Source: a phage
Length of the DNA stretch: 64,000 nt
Direction: 5' to 3' (one strand)
Sequence record: PZ496581.1
Each line of letters opens with the position of its first letter. Position 1 is the first letter of the stretch. This document shows positions 19,326 through 28,347 of this stretch, one piece after another. The translations under genes were made by a program, and so were the position numbers. The notes under the pieces were generated by a model, which worked only from the letters and a program-made list of their open reading frames with translations, did no database searches and had not been told where the DNA came from.

Positions 19326-20275
19326 TATAAAACCTCAATGGCATTTCGTAAACCATCCGCTTTTGCATTAAGAGCTTTTAATGATTTAGTTTGTTCTGCA
19401 ATCTGGGCTTCGACTTCTTTCAGACGAGATTTGAGATATTCGCGTTCTTCTCTTAAGTTATCAACTTTTTCTACTTTAGGTTCTTTAATAGGCTTAGGTT
19501 TATACGTATTAGGGTTCTTCAGCTTAATTTGAATACGAGAACTGAATAACATTGAACCGTTATCTTCGGTTTCACTATGCATTTCTACCACGTCCATGAT
19601 TCTTAACATCATGCGAAGTTTATAAGACAGCGAACGAATGGTTTTATTGTGCTTCTTAATTTCTTCAGCTTTCATGGTGCCGAGATTACGTGAGTAGTAA
19701 TAAGGAACCTGAATATCAATTGATAATGATGCGGTACCATTACCAGTTGGTTTGAATACTGCAGTAACCCAATCTTTAACATGAACTTTATTTGTACGAT
19801 CATCGCCACCTGTGAATAATTTACAAGAATGTTTAAAAAGCATATTCACTTGGTTATTGAATTCACAAGCAAATTTATCAGCAAATTTAGTTTCAGGAAT
19901 GGTAGTTAACCAATCAGCCAAATGAGTCTTTTTAACATCATTAACAATAGTGAATTCAACCAAATCGGTTTTAGATGTCACAGATTTAATAAAGCTCGGC
20001 TTCATAAAGTTTTTAATGTTATCGCGAGCTACAGTAGAAGATAATAAACGAGAACGTTTGAACCATTGAAGCAACGTCCCTAACGAATGAGAATACGCAT
20101 TTTGAGTATCTTTACAGATATGATTTTCTTGGCCTATGTATGTACCAAAATCGCGAAGAATACCACTTACTACATCTCGGTGTGGAACATCAAATCCTAA
20201 TGAACCAGAAGCACGTTGGGCATGAACGTTAGCGATAAGACCTGCAAAGTATTCAATGTAATGTGAACGTGTCAT
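19325..20275 (-). CDS. hypothetical protein with C-terminal coiled coil
   Basis: 316-aa ORF; heptad-rich C-terminus; preceded by promoter/hairpin cassette. Confidence 0.6.
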   Translation of the reverse strand: MTRSHYIEYFAGLIANVHAQRASGSLGFDVPHRDVVSGILRDFGTYIGQENHICKDTQNAYSHSLGTLLQWFKRSRLLSSTVARDNIKNFMKPSFIKSVTSKTDLVEFTIVNDVKKTHLADWLTTIPETKFADKFACEFNNQVNMLFKHSCKLFTGGDDRTNKVHVKDWVTAVFKPTGNGTASLSIDIQVPYYYSRNLGTMKAEEIKKHNKTIRSLSYKLRMMLRIMDVVEMHSETEDNGSMLFSSRIQIKLKNPNTYKPKPIKEPKVEKVDNLREEREYLKSRLKEVEAQIAEQTKSLKALNAKADGLRNAIEVL

Positions 20276-20298
20276 AATATTTTCCTCTCGTTAAGATA

Positions 20299-20337
20299 AA
20301 TTCATTATACTCCAACCATCCTTGGTTGTAAACTATT
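20299..20337 (-). promoter_or_regulatory. promoter/stem-loop cassette, copy A
   Basis: minus-strand GTTTAC-CAACCA-AGGA-UGGUUG-GAGTATAAT; core 27-mer repeated at 21319-21360. Confidence 0.45.
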
Positions 20338-21297
20338 TTATGATTTTAATGCATTCATTGCGTTAAAAAGTTTAGAATACTGCAACTGGAGATTCGTTAC
20401 AACACTTTGAGCATCACGAAGCTTAGCTTGTGCTTTGTCAAGTTCAACGGATAGTTGGTCTACAGTGGCCTTGATTTGATTGTAATGGTAATCTTCGGCC
20501 GGAAGAAGGTCATTAGAAACATTTAGTTTTACTGCAGACAGTTTGCACACATTTGGCAAACCTTTAAACATTGATTTACCCGAAGTAGAATATGCACCTA
20601 GAACTTCAGCATTGCCAGTTGGGGTTGCAGTAATTGACGCTTCGAACGTTGCATTTTCCTTTTTAAGATTTTGATAGTATTCAGAGTCTTTGTGCCACCA
20701 TGACGCAGGAACCTTTTTACCAATAGATACACGAGCCTGGATAGCGATATGGCCCTTATTCTTGATAGGGTCGATAATATTAAGCTCACGAGAATAAATT
20801 GCTTTAATCTGGTGGATATTATCACCTAAAACTTCCAACGCTTGGTGGAATACACGAGCAACGTTATCATTCTTAGGTTTATACGTAAGAGTGAACTCGT
20901 TCTCACTGATAACCATGATTTCCAACTTATCGTAAGTATATTTCAAATGTTTCATGTTAATTGCTTGAGGACGAATACGAGAAGCAATGGCCATCAGATT
21001 GTTAAGGTTATTCCGGAACTGCTTAGCGAAATATTGTCCTTCACCGCCAATACAAAAATTACGAAGTTTCTGTTTGGCTAATAAACGGCTGAACTCACCA
21101 TTTTTAATGAACTCTTTAACGGGTGTGTTAGTAACGCATTCAAATTGAGTAAACTTACGAGAATTAATCCCATAATATGAACAGATTTCCTCAATCTCTT
21201 CAGGAGTCTTTACAGGCATACGGATAGGATTAGGACCTGGGGTATATGCGTTCGAGGTAAATTCTTTGATAAGTTCTCTACGTGTAATAGAAGCCAT
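20338..21297 (-). CDS. hypothetical protein with C-terminal coiled coil
   Basis: 319-aa ORF; same architecture and same upstream cassette as 19325-20275. Confidence 0.6.
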   Translation of the reverse strand: MASITRRELIKEFTSNAYTPGPNPIRMPVKTPEEIEEICSYYGINSRKFTQFECVTNTPVKEFIKNGEFSRLLAKQKLRNFCIGGEGQYFAKQFRNNLNNLMAIASRIRPQAINMKHLKYTYDKLEIMVISENEFTLTYKPKNDNVARVFHQALEVLGDNIHQIKAIYSRELNIIDPIKNKGHIAIQARVSIGKKVPASWWHKDSEYYQNLKKENATFEASITATPTGNAEVLGAYSTSGKSMFKGLPNVCKLSAVKLNVSNDLLPAEDYHYNQIKATVDQLSVELDKAQAKLRDAQSVVTNLQLQYSKLFNAMNALKS

Positions 21298-21318
21298 TTT
21301 GTGTTCCTCATGTTGAAA

Positions 21319-21360
21319 AATTTATTATACTCCAACCATCCTTGGTTGTACATCATTCCT
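21319..21360 (-). promoter_or_regulatory. promoter/stem-loop cassette, copy B
   Basis: ATTATACTCCAACCATCCTTGGTTGTA identical to copy A. Confidence 0.45.
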
Positions 21361-21423
21361 TAAGAAGTTTTACTACTTGAATAAGATTAGCTCGTTCTGT
21401 TTTATTTTTACCATTTAAGCCTG

Positions 21424-21717
21424 CTAATCGTGAGATTTCATCGTCAGAACGTTAAGTTTATTCAGCGCGCTGAAGATTCCATCAGCCATTGATTTTCCAT
21501 AACCTTTACACGCTTTAATAAGTGCTCGCGGCAGATTAGTATAGATTTCAGACGGCATATGAAAATCAAATTTACTAGTCAGTAATTGATGAACTTGGAT
21601 AGCAATTTGCTCATAATTAAGTGCTCTGCGATCGTTATGGTCTTTAAACCACACTTTAATCTGTGAAGCACATAAACCGTTAATTTCATGTTTTACCGCA
21701 TCAGATGTAATGCTCAT
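21424..21717 (-). CDS. hypothetical protein
   Basis: 97-aa ORF. Confidence 0.5.
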   Translation of the reverse strand: MSITSDAVKHEINGLCASQIKVWFKDHNDRRALNYEQIAIQVHQLLTSKFDFHMPSEIYTNLPRALIKACKGYGKSMADGIFSALNKLNVLTMKSHD

Positions 21718-21779
21718 AACTATTTCCTCAGATTGAATTGGAACTCAAAACCATTATAACCCGTCCTTGGGTAAAGCGT

Positions 21780-22307
21780 TTATGCGTGAACCGTCTTTAA
21801 ACGTTCTTCAAATTTCCGAAGAGTACTAATACGTTCTGCTTTCTGTTTTGTATAGTTTGCAATACGTTCTGAAGTGAGAGCGTATCGTTCGTTTACTGTT
21901 TCTTTCATGAAGTCAGGGATTTCACGAGAAGCTTTAATTTCATCAAACTTATCGAGTACTGCCTGGTCTTCAGCAATTAAATTTTCGTACATCTCGATAT
22001 CTTTCTTGATGAAGTCGATATCTTCCTGGGTTACTTTGGATAAACGAGATGCTTTATCCTTTTTGTACTGCTCGTTAGTTTCACGAGACCAGAATAATGT
22101 ACGTTTTTTGTTAGTGTTTTTGTAGACTTCCACAATTCCAACTGAATCGATGATAACAATCCAATTCCAGCGAGATTTGAAAATCTGACCTCCGTCCACG
22201 ATAATCTCATTACCATAAGCAATGTCATTAAAGAACTTACTTTGTGCTTCAGATTTAAATTTACCGTCGTTATAATTTACCAGGTTGAAAATATCTTTAG
22301 CGTTCAT
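21780..22307 (-). CDS. hypothetical protein
   Basis: 175-aa ORF. Confidence 0.55.
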   Translation of the reverse strand: MNAKDIFNLVNYNDGKFKSEAQSKFFNDIAYGNEIIVDGGQIFKSRWNWIVIIDSVGIVEVYKNTNKKRTLFWSRETNEQYKKDKASRLSKVTQEDIDFIKKDIEMYENLIAEDQAVLDKFDEIKASREIPDFMKETVNERYALTSERIANYTKQKAERISTLRKFEERLKTVHA

Positions 22308-22365
22308 GTTTTACCTCCAGTAGTTGATAGGTCTATAATAACATAACCATAGACCTTGTAAACAG

Positions 22366-22653
22366 CTAAAAGAAACTTTTTTCGGTATTTTTTCCACTGA
22401 ACCAAACAGACTTCGGTATTTTCTGTAATTTTTCAGATTTAAGTTTCTCTTCCTTCTCTTTCTTATATACATCCTTGTCGTACTGGAGCATCTCTATGGC
22501 ATTCTTTTGCAAACGATCTAAGGTAATTAAGGCTTTAGTTTTTCCTTTCAAGGAAGAGTCCTGGCGAACCTCCTCGCTATATTGCATTGTAGAACTAACC
22601 ATACGATGAGCATAGAGTTCGACTGCGGCTTTAATTTTTTGCATAAAATCCAT
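22366..22653 (-). CDS. hypothetical protein
   Basis: 95-aa ORF; overlapping 22548-22754 ORF is an alternative frame. Confidence 0.4.
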   Translation of the reverse strand: MDFMQKIKAAVELYAHRMVSSTMQYSEEVRQDSSLKGKTKALITLDRLQKNAIEMLQYDKDVYKKEKEEKLKSEKLQKIPKSVWFSGKNTEKSFF

Positions 22654-22791
22654 AACATATCCTCTTTGATTTGTACATCATTATTTTTAAATATTTCTAT
22701 GCCCTCAGTAGGTTCCTGGTGTCCTTCTTTGAGGTAAGCCATATGATTATTCATCTTTATAGCTTTTGTTACCTCAGAACTTCCTATAAGC

Positions 22792-23793
22792 TTATTTCAG
22801 TAAAGTTACTTCAGAGATTTCCTCCCAACCATCTTTATCAGTTGAAATAAAATCTGCTACATAAAGAGCCGTACGTAATGATACATTGCGAAGACGAGAT
22901 ACGTTAGCCTTCATCCAGGACAATGCTTTATACGTTTCTGCATCCGTCAGACCACGTTTCTGCATCATGTCAGTAGATAATATTACATCTTCAACTCGAA
23001 CCATAATCTCTTCATTAGAGTGTACTCCAAGGTCGAGATACACTGAACGAGATACTAAAGCTTGAAGGTGTGGAGCAAGTTTCGAACCCCGTTCTAACTC
23101 TTTATCGATATCAACGTTTGTAATGAAAACGATAGTACCTTCAAACACAAATTCTTTATCAATACCCTTATCATCGAGATAAGATGACGCAGTGCTCCAA
23201 CAAACTTTGCGTTTATCTCCGGTATCTAATGCTGCTTTAAGAAGGTTCAAGATATCCATATCCGAGAATACGTCAACGTCATCGATTAAGAGAACGCTGT
23301 CTGCATCACGGTTGAGCCAAAGTTGTTCGTAAAGGCCAATACCAGAGATTTTACCATTAATGCTTTTGTATTTGATGAAACCATTATCATTAGCATTATT
23401 AAGTGCTTTATCCAGAGAATACGTCTTACCAATACCAGCTGCACCTGAAATAATGAGTGAACGAATTTTGCCATCGATAATGCCATTCGTCATCATGTTC
23501 ATTACTTTAAAGCGTTTGTTGATACGAGTTTTCATATCTTCAGTGCTTTCAACAACTGCAACTGGTGATGTCTCAACTCCTTCCATTACGATGTCTGATT
23601 TGAAGACCCATACTCCACGTTCAGAACCATCAATCATAACGAAAATTTTACCATCACCTAAGTGGGAACATTCAGGATTAAGCTTTGCTGGGAACCAGGT
23701 CTTTGTGGCAACATAAGAACCAGAGATTTCGTTATTACGATAGATACCTTTTTTGATTTGAACGTTGAACATTTTATTCTCCAATTTACTCAT
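22792..23793 (-). CDS. P-loop ATPase (AAA-like) with ~100-aa N-terminal domain
   Basis: Walker A GAAGIGKT, Walker B VLLIDDVD; likelier start is the second Met (GGAGAAUAAA-AUG) near 23772. Confidence 0.65.
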   Translation of the reverse strand: MSKLENKMFNVQIKKGIYRNNEISGSYVATKTWFPAKLNPECSHLGDGKIFVMIDGSERGVWVFKSDIVMEGVETSPVAVVESTEDMKTRINKRFKVMNMMTNGIIDGKIRSLIISGAAGIGKTYSLDKALNNANDNGFIKYKSINGKISGIGLYEQLWLNRDADSVLLIDDVDVFSDMDILNLLKAALDTGDKRKVCWSTASSYLDDKGIDKEFVFEGTIVFITNVDIDKELERGSKLAPHLQALVSRSVYLDLGVHSNEEIMVRVEDVILSTDMMQKRGLTDAETYKALSWMKANVSRLRNVSLRTALYVADFISTDKDGWEEISEVTLLK

Positions 23794-23869
23794 TTCGTTT
23801 CGATAGGTCTATAATAACATATCCTAAAAGCATGTACACTACTTTTTAAAAATATTTTAACCCCCTAAA

Positions 23870-23885
23870 GGGACCCGAAGGTCCC
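23870..23885 (-). other. UUCG-tetraloop RNA hairpin
   Basis: GGGACC-UUCG-GGUCCC on minus-strand RNA. Confidence 0.45.
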
Positions 23886-23946
23886 CACATTTACTTATCG
23901 CACTTAGCAACATAATTAGGCATATCACAGAATACAGAGCGAGTAA

Positions 23947-24156
23947 CTACTCGGCCCTTTGACCATGCTTCAGTTGCTTGTCCGGCCGTGCTATTAATAT
24001 AGCTTGATTTAAGTTCTCAATACCCTGAGAATGTGATGCATTTACCGAACCATTGGAAGGCCCAGAAGACTGGTTACCACCAGCTCCTGCACCTGTGGTA
24101 GCACCAACAGAGAATGCCATCATTACTGCGAATAAACCAATTACTAATTTTTTCAT
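23947..24156 (-). CDS. small secreted protein (signal peptide, Gly/Ser/Asn-rich)
   Basis: MKKLVIGLFAVMMAFSVGA signal peptide; TATAAATA late-promoter motif ~33 nt upstream; C-terminal frame uncertain. Confidence 0.45.
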   Translation of the reverse strand: MKKLVIGLFAVMMAFSVGATTGAGAGGNQSSGPSNGSVNASHSQGIENLNQAILIARPDKQLKHGQRAE

Positions 24157-24187
24157 ATTTACCTCAAGTTAAGGGTTATTTATCTAT

Positions 24188-25174
24188 TTATTTATAGTAA
24201 GAATTATGATTTTCGAGATAGACTTGCTCAAGGAAATCATCCCAGAAACTCATATCTACTTTTTGTTGCATACCGTTCTTAGCGGCTTGTTCTGACGCAT
24301 GTTCAACTTGGTCAACGATATCTTCTAGGAATTCTTGTACAGTTTTAAACGTATGTTTACCAAGCTTAACATCGAGAATAAATGGAGCATCCTGAAGTGG
24401 GTAAACCAGGTCGCCGGTTTTGTAAATTTCCAATAATTGAAGTCCACCACGACATGCATGACTCAATGCTTTCCAGTCAATACCTTCGTTGGCTTCCGCC
24501 TTACGAGCACGTTCACCGTAGTTCTCTTCCAGTTTAACCAGGATGGCATTGAACTCTTTATTGGTTAACGTATCTTGGAATTTACGATCTAACAGATTAT
24601 AGAATGTTTGCTTACCTGTTTTCTCGTTTTCGGTTTCAACCCACGAAGCAAATTCACCTACAGGCAGAACATTCTTCATATGTGATAAACGAATTACTGC
24701 ACCGTTATCAAAGTATTGTCCCCATTCATTAGAACGTTTAAGGGCTTGACGAAGAACAGCCAGTCGAGAACCCTTGACGCCGTATTTAGAAGCTTGCTTA
24801 CGGACATACCCTAAATAAGATTTCATGTTAGTGGTATAGAAACGAGACCTGTTATCTTGAATATACTTCCATACATCAGGCAAATCAGATTTAACTACTA
24901 GACTTTGTGGAGTGTGAAGCATATCTAATGCGACGGTTTCACCATCCGCGGCTAGTTTAAAGAAATATTTGAGACTATACAACTCATGGTCCACGTCGTC
25001 TTTTGTGTTCTTAGAAGATGTGTTATTCGTGTTCTTGCTCATGTGTTCTTTAACGTTACCGGTCAAGATATCACGAGCATGAGGGACATAAATTTCTTTA
25101 AAATCGACGTCAGATTCAGGAGTAGACGTTCCATAAAGGTGGCTACCAAAGTAAGCCTTAACAATAGTTTTCAT
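24188..25174 (-). CDS. nucleotidyltransferase-fold protein (Pol-beta superfamily-like)
   Basis: 328 aa; N-terminal FGSHLYGTSTPESDVDF plus downstream acidic residue in VALDMLH fit the G[GS]-x9-13-DxD + D pattern. Confidence 0.5.
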   Translation of the reverse strand: MKTIVKAYFGSHLYGTSTPESDVDFKEIYVPHARDILTGNVKEHMSKNTNNTSSKNTKDDVDHELYSLKYFFKLAADGETVALDMLHTPQSLVVKSDLPDVWKYIQDNRSRFYTTNMKSYLGYVRKQASKYGVKGSRLAVLRQALKRSNEWGQYFDNGAVIRLSHMKNVLPVGEFASWVETENEKTGKQTFYNLLDRKFQDTLTNKEFNAILVKLEENYGERARKAEANEGIDWKALSHACRGGLQLLEIYKTGDLVYPLQDAPFILDVKLGKHTFKTVQEFLEDIVDQVEHASEQAAKNGMQQKVDMSFWDDFLEQVYLENHNSYYK

Positions 25175-25940
25175 TATTCACTTTCCTTTCATAATCTTCA
25201 ATGAACTGTAATATTAAGCGTTGGTAATTTGATTTAGGATAACCCATTTTACTAATATGGGTTCCGAAAGCCCCACGCTTAGGTCGATTCAATTTAATCC
25301 AAAGTTCGTAAAGCATATCATAATCTTCCCAGTGTTTACCAGTTCGTTGTCTAGCTTTAGACGCTTCAGACTGTCTCTTTTTAGTTTCTGGATTATCTAG
25401 GGCCTTTTTAACAGCTCTTGAATGCCGTTCTTTAACATCATCTCTCTTAAAGGCCTCTTTGATAGCAGTAGATATTTTTGCTTTAACTTCAGGTCTATTC
25501 TGTGCCTCTATTTGAGAATCTGACATTTTAGCCTTTATCTCAGGGAGGCTCATGGTCGCTGAACGCTTATCACGATATTCTTGTGATTCCCATATATCTT
25601 TCATTCTATTAGAGTGAATTTCTGAAAACTTTTCCCTTACGTCTTTATAGCCTCTTGAGGTTAATTTAAGATTTCGTCCTAAAGCATCTTCGCCTAAATT
25701 ATAGAACGCCCAGTAAGCGTAAATCAATCCGTCGGAGTTTGGGTGAATTTTTGATAATAACCAATGAGCGATAAAATGTTCCCTGGCAGTCAATAAAACT
25801 TTATTACTCGGGTCATCACTCCCTCCAATACATGAAGGGATTATGTGATGGGATTCAGTATAATAATTCAACTCAGACTTATCACTGCCTCTAAGTTTTC
25901 CTCGTTGAATTATTGCATCATAACATTTGATATAATTCAT
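25158..25940 (-). CDS. HNH homing endonuclease (MobD-like)
   Basis: 260 aa; ESHHIIPSCIGGSDDPSNKVLLTAREHFIAHW HNH motif; basic Lys/Arg-rich C-terminus. Confidence 0.7.
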   Translation of the reverse strand: MNYIKCYDAIIQRGKLRGSDKSELNYYTESHHIIPSCIGGSDDPSNKVLLTAREHFIAHWLLSKIHPNSDGLIYAYWAFYNLGEDALGRNLKLTSRGYKDVREKFSEIHSNRMKDIWESQEYRDKRSATMSLPEIKAKMSDSQIEAQNRPEVKAKISTAIKEAFKRDDVKERHSRAVKKALDNPETKKRQSEASKARQRTGKHWEDYDMLYELWIKLNRPKRGAFGTHISKMGYPKSNYQRLILQFIEDYERKVNNENYC

Positions 25941-26413
25941 TTGCCTGACTTGTATTCAAGAGTAGGACACACTTTAGCTTTACGAGCTTTTAAAAATTCA
26001 ACGATAATCGATTTCTTGGGTTGAATAGGCGCAAGTCCATTTTTAATTCGTTCTTGGTTTTGTGCAATGAGCTCAATTTCTTTATAATATTTTCTGTCGT
26101 TATATTTGTCTAACAACCAAGACGGACCAATTACCAACCCGGTAGCAATAAAAGCCATGACTGCTACAATTAAAATGCCTACACCAATTGAGGCTGGAAC
26201 TAATGTCCATAGACTGCTAAAAACAAAGAATTTAGTTAAAATTTCCTGGCCAATGATTGTGACTGCTGCTAAAATCGCAAATCCAATAATTGAAGCAGCC
26301 AATACCGGGATTAGCGTTTTCCAAAAATAAGCACACAACGTTTTCGGACGATTCCATGTACTATTAAACGCGGCATAAATTTTAAAGTGCCAAGAGTTTT
26401 CATTGATAATCAT
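25937..26413 (-). CDS. hypothetical membrane protein
   Basis: 158 aa with 3-4 predicted TM helices. Confidence 0.55.
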   Translation of the reverse strand: MIINENSWHFKIYAAFNSTWNRPKTLCAYFWKTLIPVLAASIIGFAILAAVTIIGQEILTKFFVFSSLWTLVPASIGVGILIVAVMAFIATGLVIGPSWLLDKYNDRKYYKEIELIAQNQERIKNGLAPIQPKKSIIVEFLKARKAKVCPTLEYKSGK

Positions 26414-26422
26414 AATAATTCC

Positions 26423-26953
26423 TTATTTCAAAGTTGGGATAATAGAATCGAGATAAGCTTTAAGAGCAACTGCCTCATCTTTGTCTAATGTAATGATATG
26501 TTGACGAAGGTCATCAATTTGGCGAATAACTACGACATCACCATCTTCATAAGAAGGATTAACGCCTAGGACTGTTGTATAGTCAGGGCGGTCCTGATTT
26601 GTAATAAAAGCATTACGGCATTTAGCCCATTGAAGTTTGGCCTTTTTGGCTGTTTCAGATTCCATTAATTCTTTCACCTTAGTGACGAATGTTTTCCAAT
26701 TATTAATAGAAAAACATTCGTCTTCAGTTTCGATATTGGCCGCGTTGTAAAGACCAGGATAAAAACGAACTTGGAGGTCTTCACCAATGTTAATTACCTC
26801 TCGACGACGTCCAGACGGATTGAGTTTCAAAATCTTGTCCAGTTCCATAGGAAGAATAGCAGCATCATCTTCTTGTGTCAGAACATACACATAACCACGT
26901 TTTTCGATACATAAATCACCGAACAACTCGGTTGTTTCAATTACAGTTTTCAT
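26423..26953 (-). CDS. hypothetical protein
   Basis: ORF 26423-26965 uses a TTG; ATG at 26953 (MKTVIETT...) is the likelier start. Confidence 0.55.
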   Translation of the reverse strand: MKTVIETTELFGDLCIEKRGYVYVLTQEDDAAILPMELDKILKLNPSGRRREVINIGEDLQVRFYPGLYNAANIETEDECFSINNWKTFVTKVKELMESETAKKAKLQWAKCRNAFITNQDRPDYTTVLGVNPSYEDGDVVVIRQIDDLRQHIITLDKDEAVALKAYLDSIIPTLK

Positions 26954-26954
26954 A

Positions 26955-27135
26955 TTATTCACCAATTAAAGTTTCAACAAAATTCACCAAAGCATTCTGG
27001 CAAGCGTCAACCTGATTTTCATAAAAATCTCCGTTATCATTTACCGCATGATAAGCTACATCATTCAAATCTGAATCAGCTTCACGTAAGTCACGGATAA
27101 GGTCCATCAATTTATTAGCTTGTTCACGGGTCATT
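26955..27135 (-). CDS. hypothetical small acidic protein (59 aa, below ORF-track cutoff)
   Basis: manual translation MTREQANKLMDLIRDLREADSDLNDVAYHAVNDNGDFYENQVDACQNALVNFVETLIGE. Confidence 0.35.
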
Positions 27136-27242
27136 TTACCATACTCGTTTCAATAAGATTCACTATGCCGTTTACCATGTTATAAGTAAACATCGGATAA
27201 TTGTATTGTACTACAACATAAGCGATAAGCAAAAGTTTCATT

Positions 27243-27298
27243 TTGTTCTCCGTTTGTTTTGATAGGACTACTATAACATAGTCCTACCAAGATGTAAA
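27243..27298 (-). promoter_or_regulatory. early-promoter/stem-loop cassette (PeSL-like)
   Basis: GTTTAC ... GATAGGACTA-TGTTA-TAGTCCTATC around a TATAGT -10; ~48-bp near-identical copy at 41368-41416. Confidence 0.45.
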
Positions 27299-27532
27299 CT
27301 ACCGATTGTGTTTTAAATGTTGATAAAGTTCTTCAACTTGTTTAGGGTCCAAAACAATTAAGTCATTTTCTTGACGAAGATAAATCCATCCCTTATCCCC
27401 AGGGCCATTTTTACAAAACATCACCACCATATCATCATCTTCAGCGCTTTCAGGTAAAAGTTCAAGTACACCGTCTTCAGATTTTCCAGTATAATCGTAA
27501 AGCATAATATCCTCACATAATCTCGTTAACAT
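27299..27532 (-). CDS. hypothetical protein
   Basis: 77-aa ORF. Confidence 0.5.
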   Translation of the reverse strand: MLTRLCEDIMLYDYTGKSEDGVLELLPESAEDDDMVVMFCKNGPGDKGWIYLRQENDLIVLDPKQVEELYQHLKHNR

Positions 27533-27691
27533 ACATTTGCAATTCGGTGTGGGCTTCGGCCATCTTTTTCATAGCTCTGTTAATGTCGATGTCTCCATCT
27601 TCGCAACCATGAGCATTTTCCCAATCAGATACCGCATTAGCGTACTCTTCAATCAAAAACATTAACTTAGAAATTTTTTCTTTACGTGACA
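27513..27691 (-). CDS. hypothetical protein
   Basis: ORF 27513-27761 starts on TTG; ATG at 27691 with GAGGAG SD gives a 59-aa product. Confidence 0.45.
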
Positions 27692-27759
27692 TAACGTTCT
27701 CCTCTAGTAAGTAAGGACTACTATAACACAACCTGAGGAGAAGTAAACTGATAGATGCC

Positions 27760-27790
27760 AAAAAGCCCCAACCTTTCGGAAGGGGCTAGT
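27760..27790 (-). terminator. intrinsic terminator downstream of rI
   Basis: GCCCC-UUCC-GAAA-GGUU-GGGGC hairpin (GNRA loop) plus U5 on minus RNA; identical copy at 38263-38293. Confidence 0.6.
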
Positions 27791-27793
27791 AAA

Positions 27794-28096
27794 TTAGATA
27801 GATGTAGGCTCTAATTTTATTTTCATGAACTCGGCAAATTGTCTGGCAGTTTTTATGCCTTGTTCATGACATTCAAATGCATCATCACAGGGGCTATTTT
27901 TGTAATGCTTTGCCATATACTTATAGAATTTTTCAGAATTCTCGACATTTTGAATTTCAAACAAAGTATATACGTTTTTAATCCCTGATTCCATAAAGTT
28001 ACCAAAATATGGGTCGATATATGCAGTACCAACGATAGGAGTTGTTGCTGCAAAAAACCCCAGCATCGCCATGACAGCTATCGCTCTTAAGGACAT
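27794..28096 (-). CDS. rI: lysis-inhibition regulator RI (antiholin)
   Basis: 100 aa; signal-anchor then [20 protein letters not shown]...[13 protein letters not shown] matches T4 RI. Confidence 0.85.
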   Translation of the reverse strand: MSLRAIAVMAMLGFFAATTPIVGTAYIDPYFGNFMESGIKNVYTLFEIQNVENSEKFYKYMAKHYKNSPCDDAFECHEQGIKTARQFAEFMKIKLEPTSI

Positions 28097-28347
28097 ATAG
28101 GCCTCCTGTTAATTTTGGCCAGTATTATTTTTCGCCTTTGGACGGCCTTAACATCTGCGAGGTATTTTTCCAGCTTGCGCTTGCGTGTATAATCAGCTTT
28201 AGAACCAGTTTGACGGATATCCTCGTTTAAATGAGAAATAGAATGTCCTAATTCTCTTCGGATTTCATCCAATTGGGTTACAGTAAGATTACGAAGTTGT
28301 CTTTCGTTTAATTGCTGCATATATACCTCTTGGTTAGATATTAGTAT

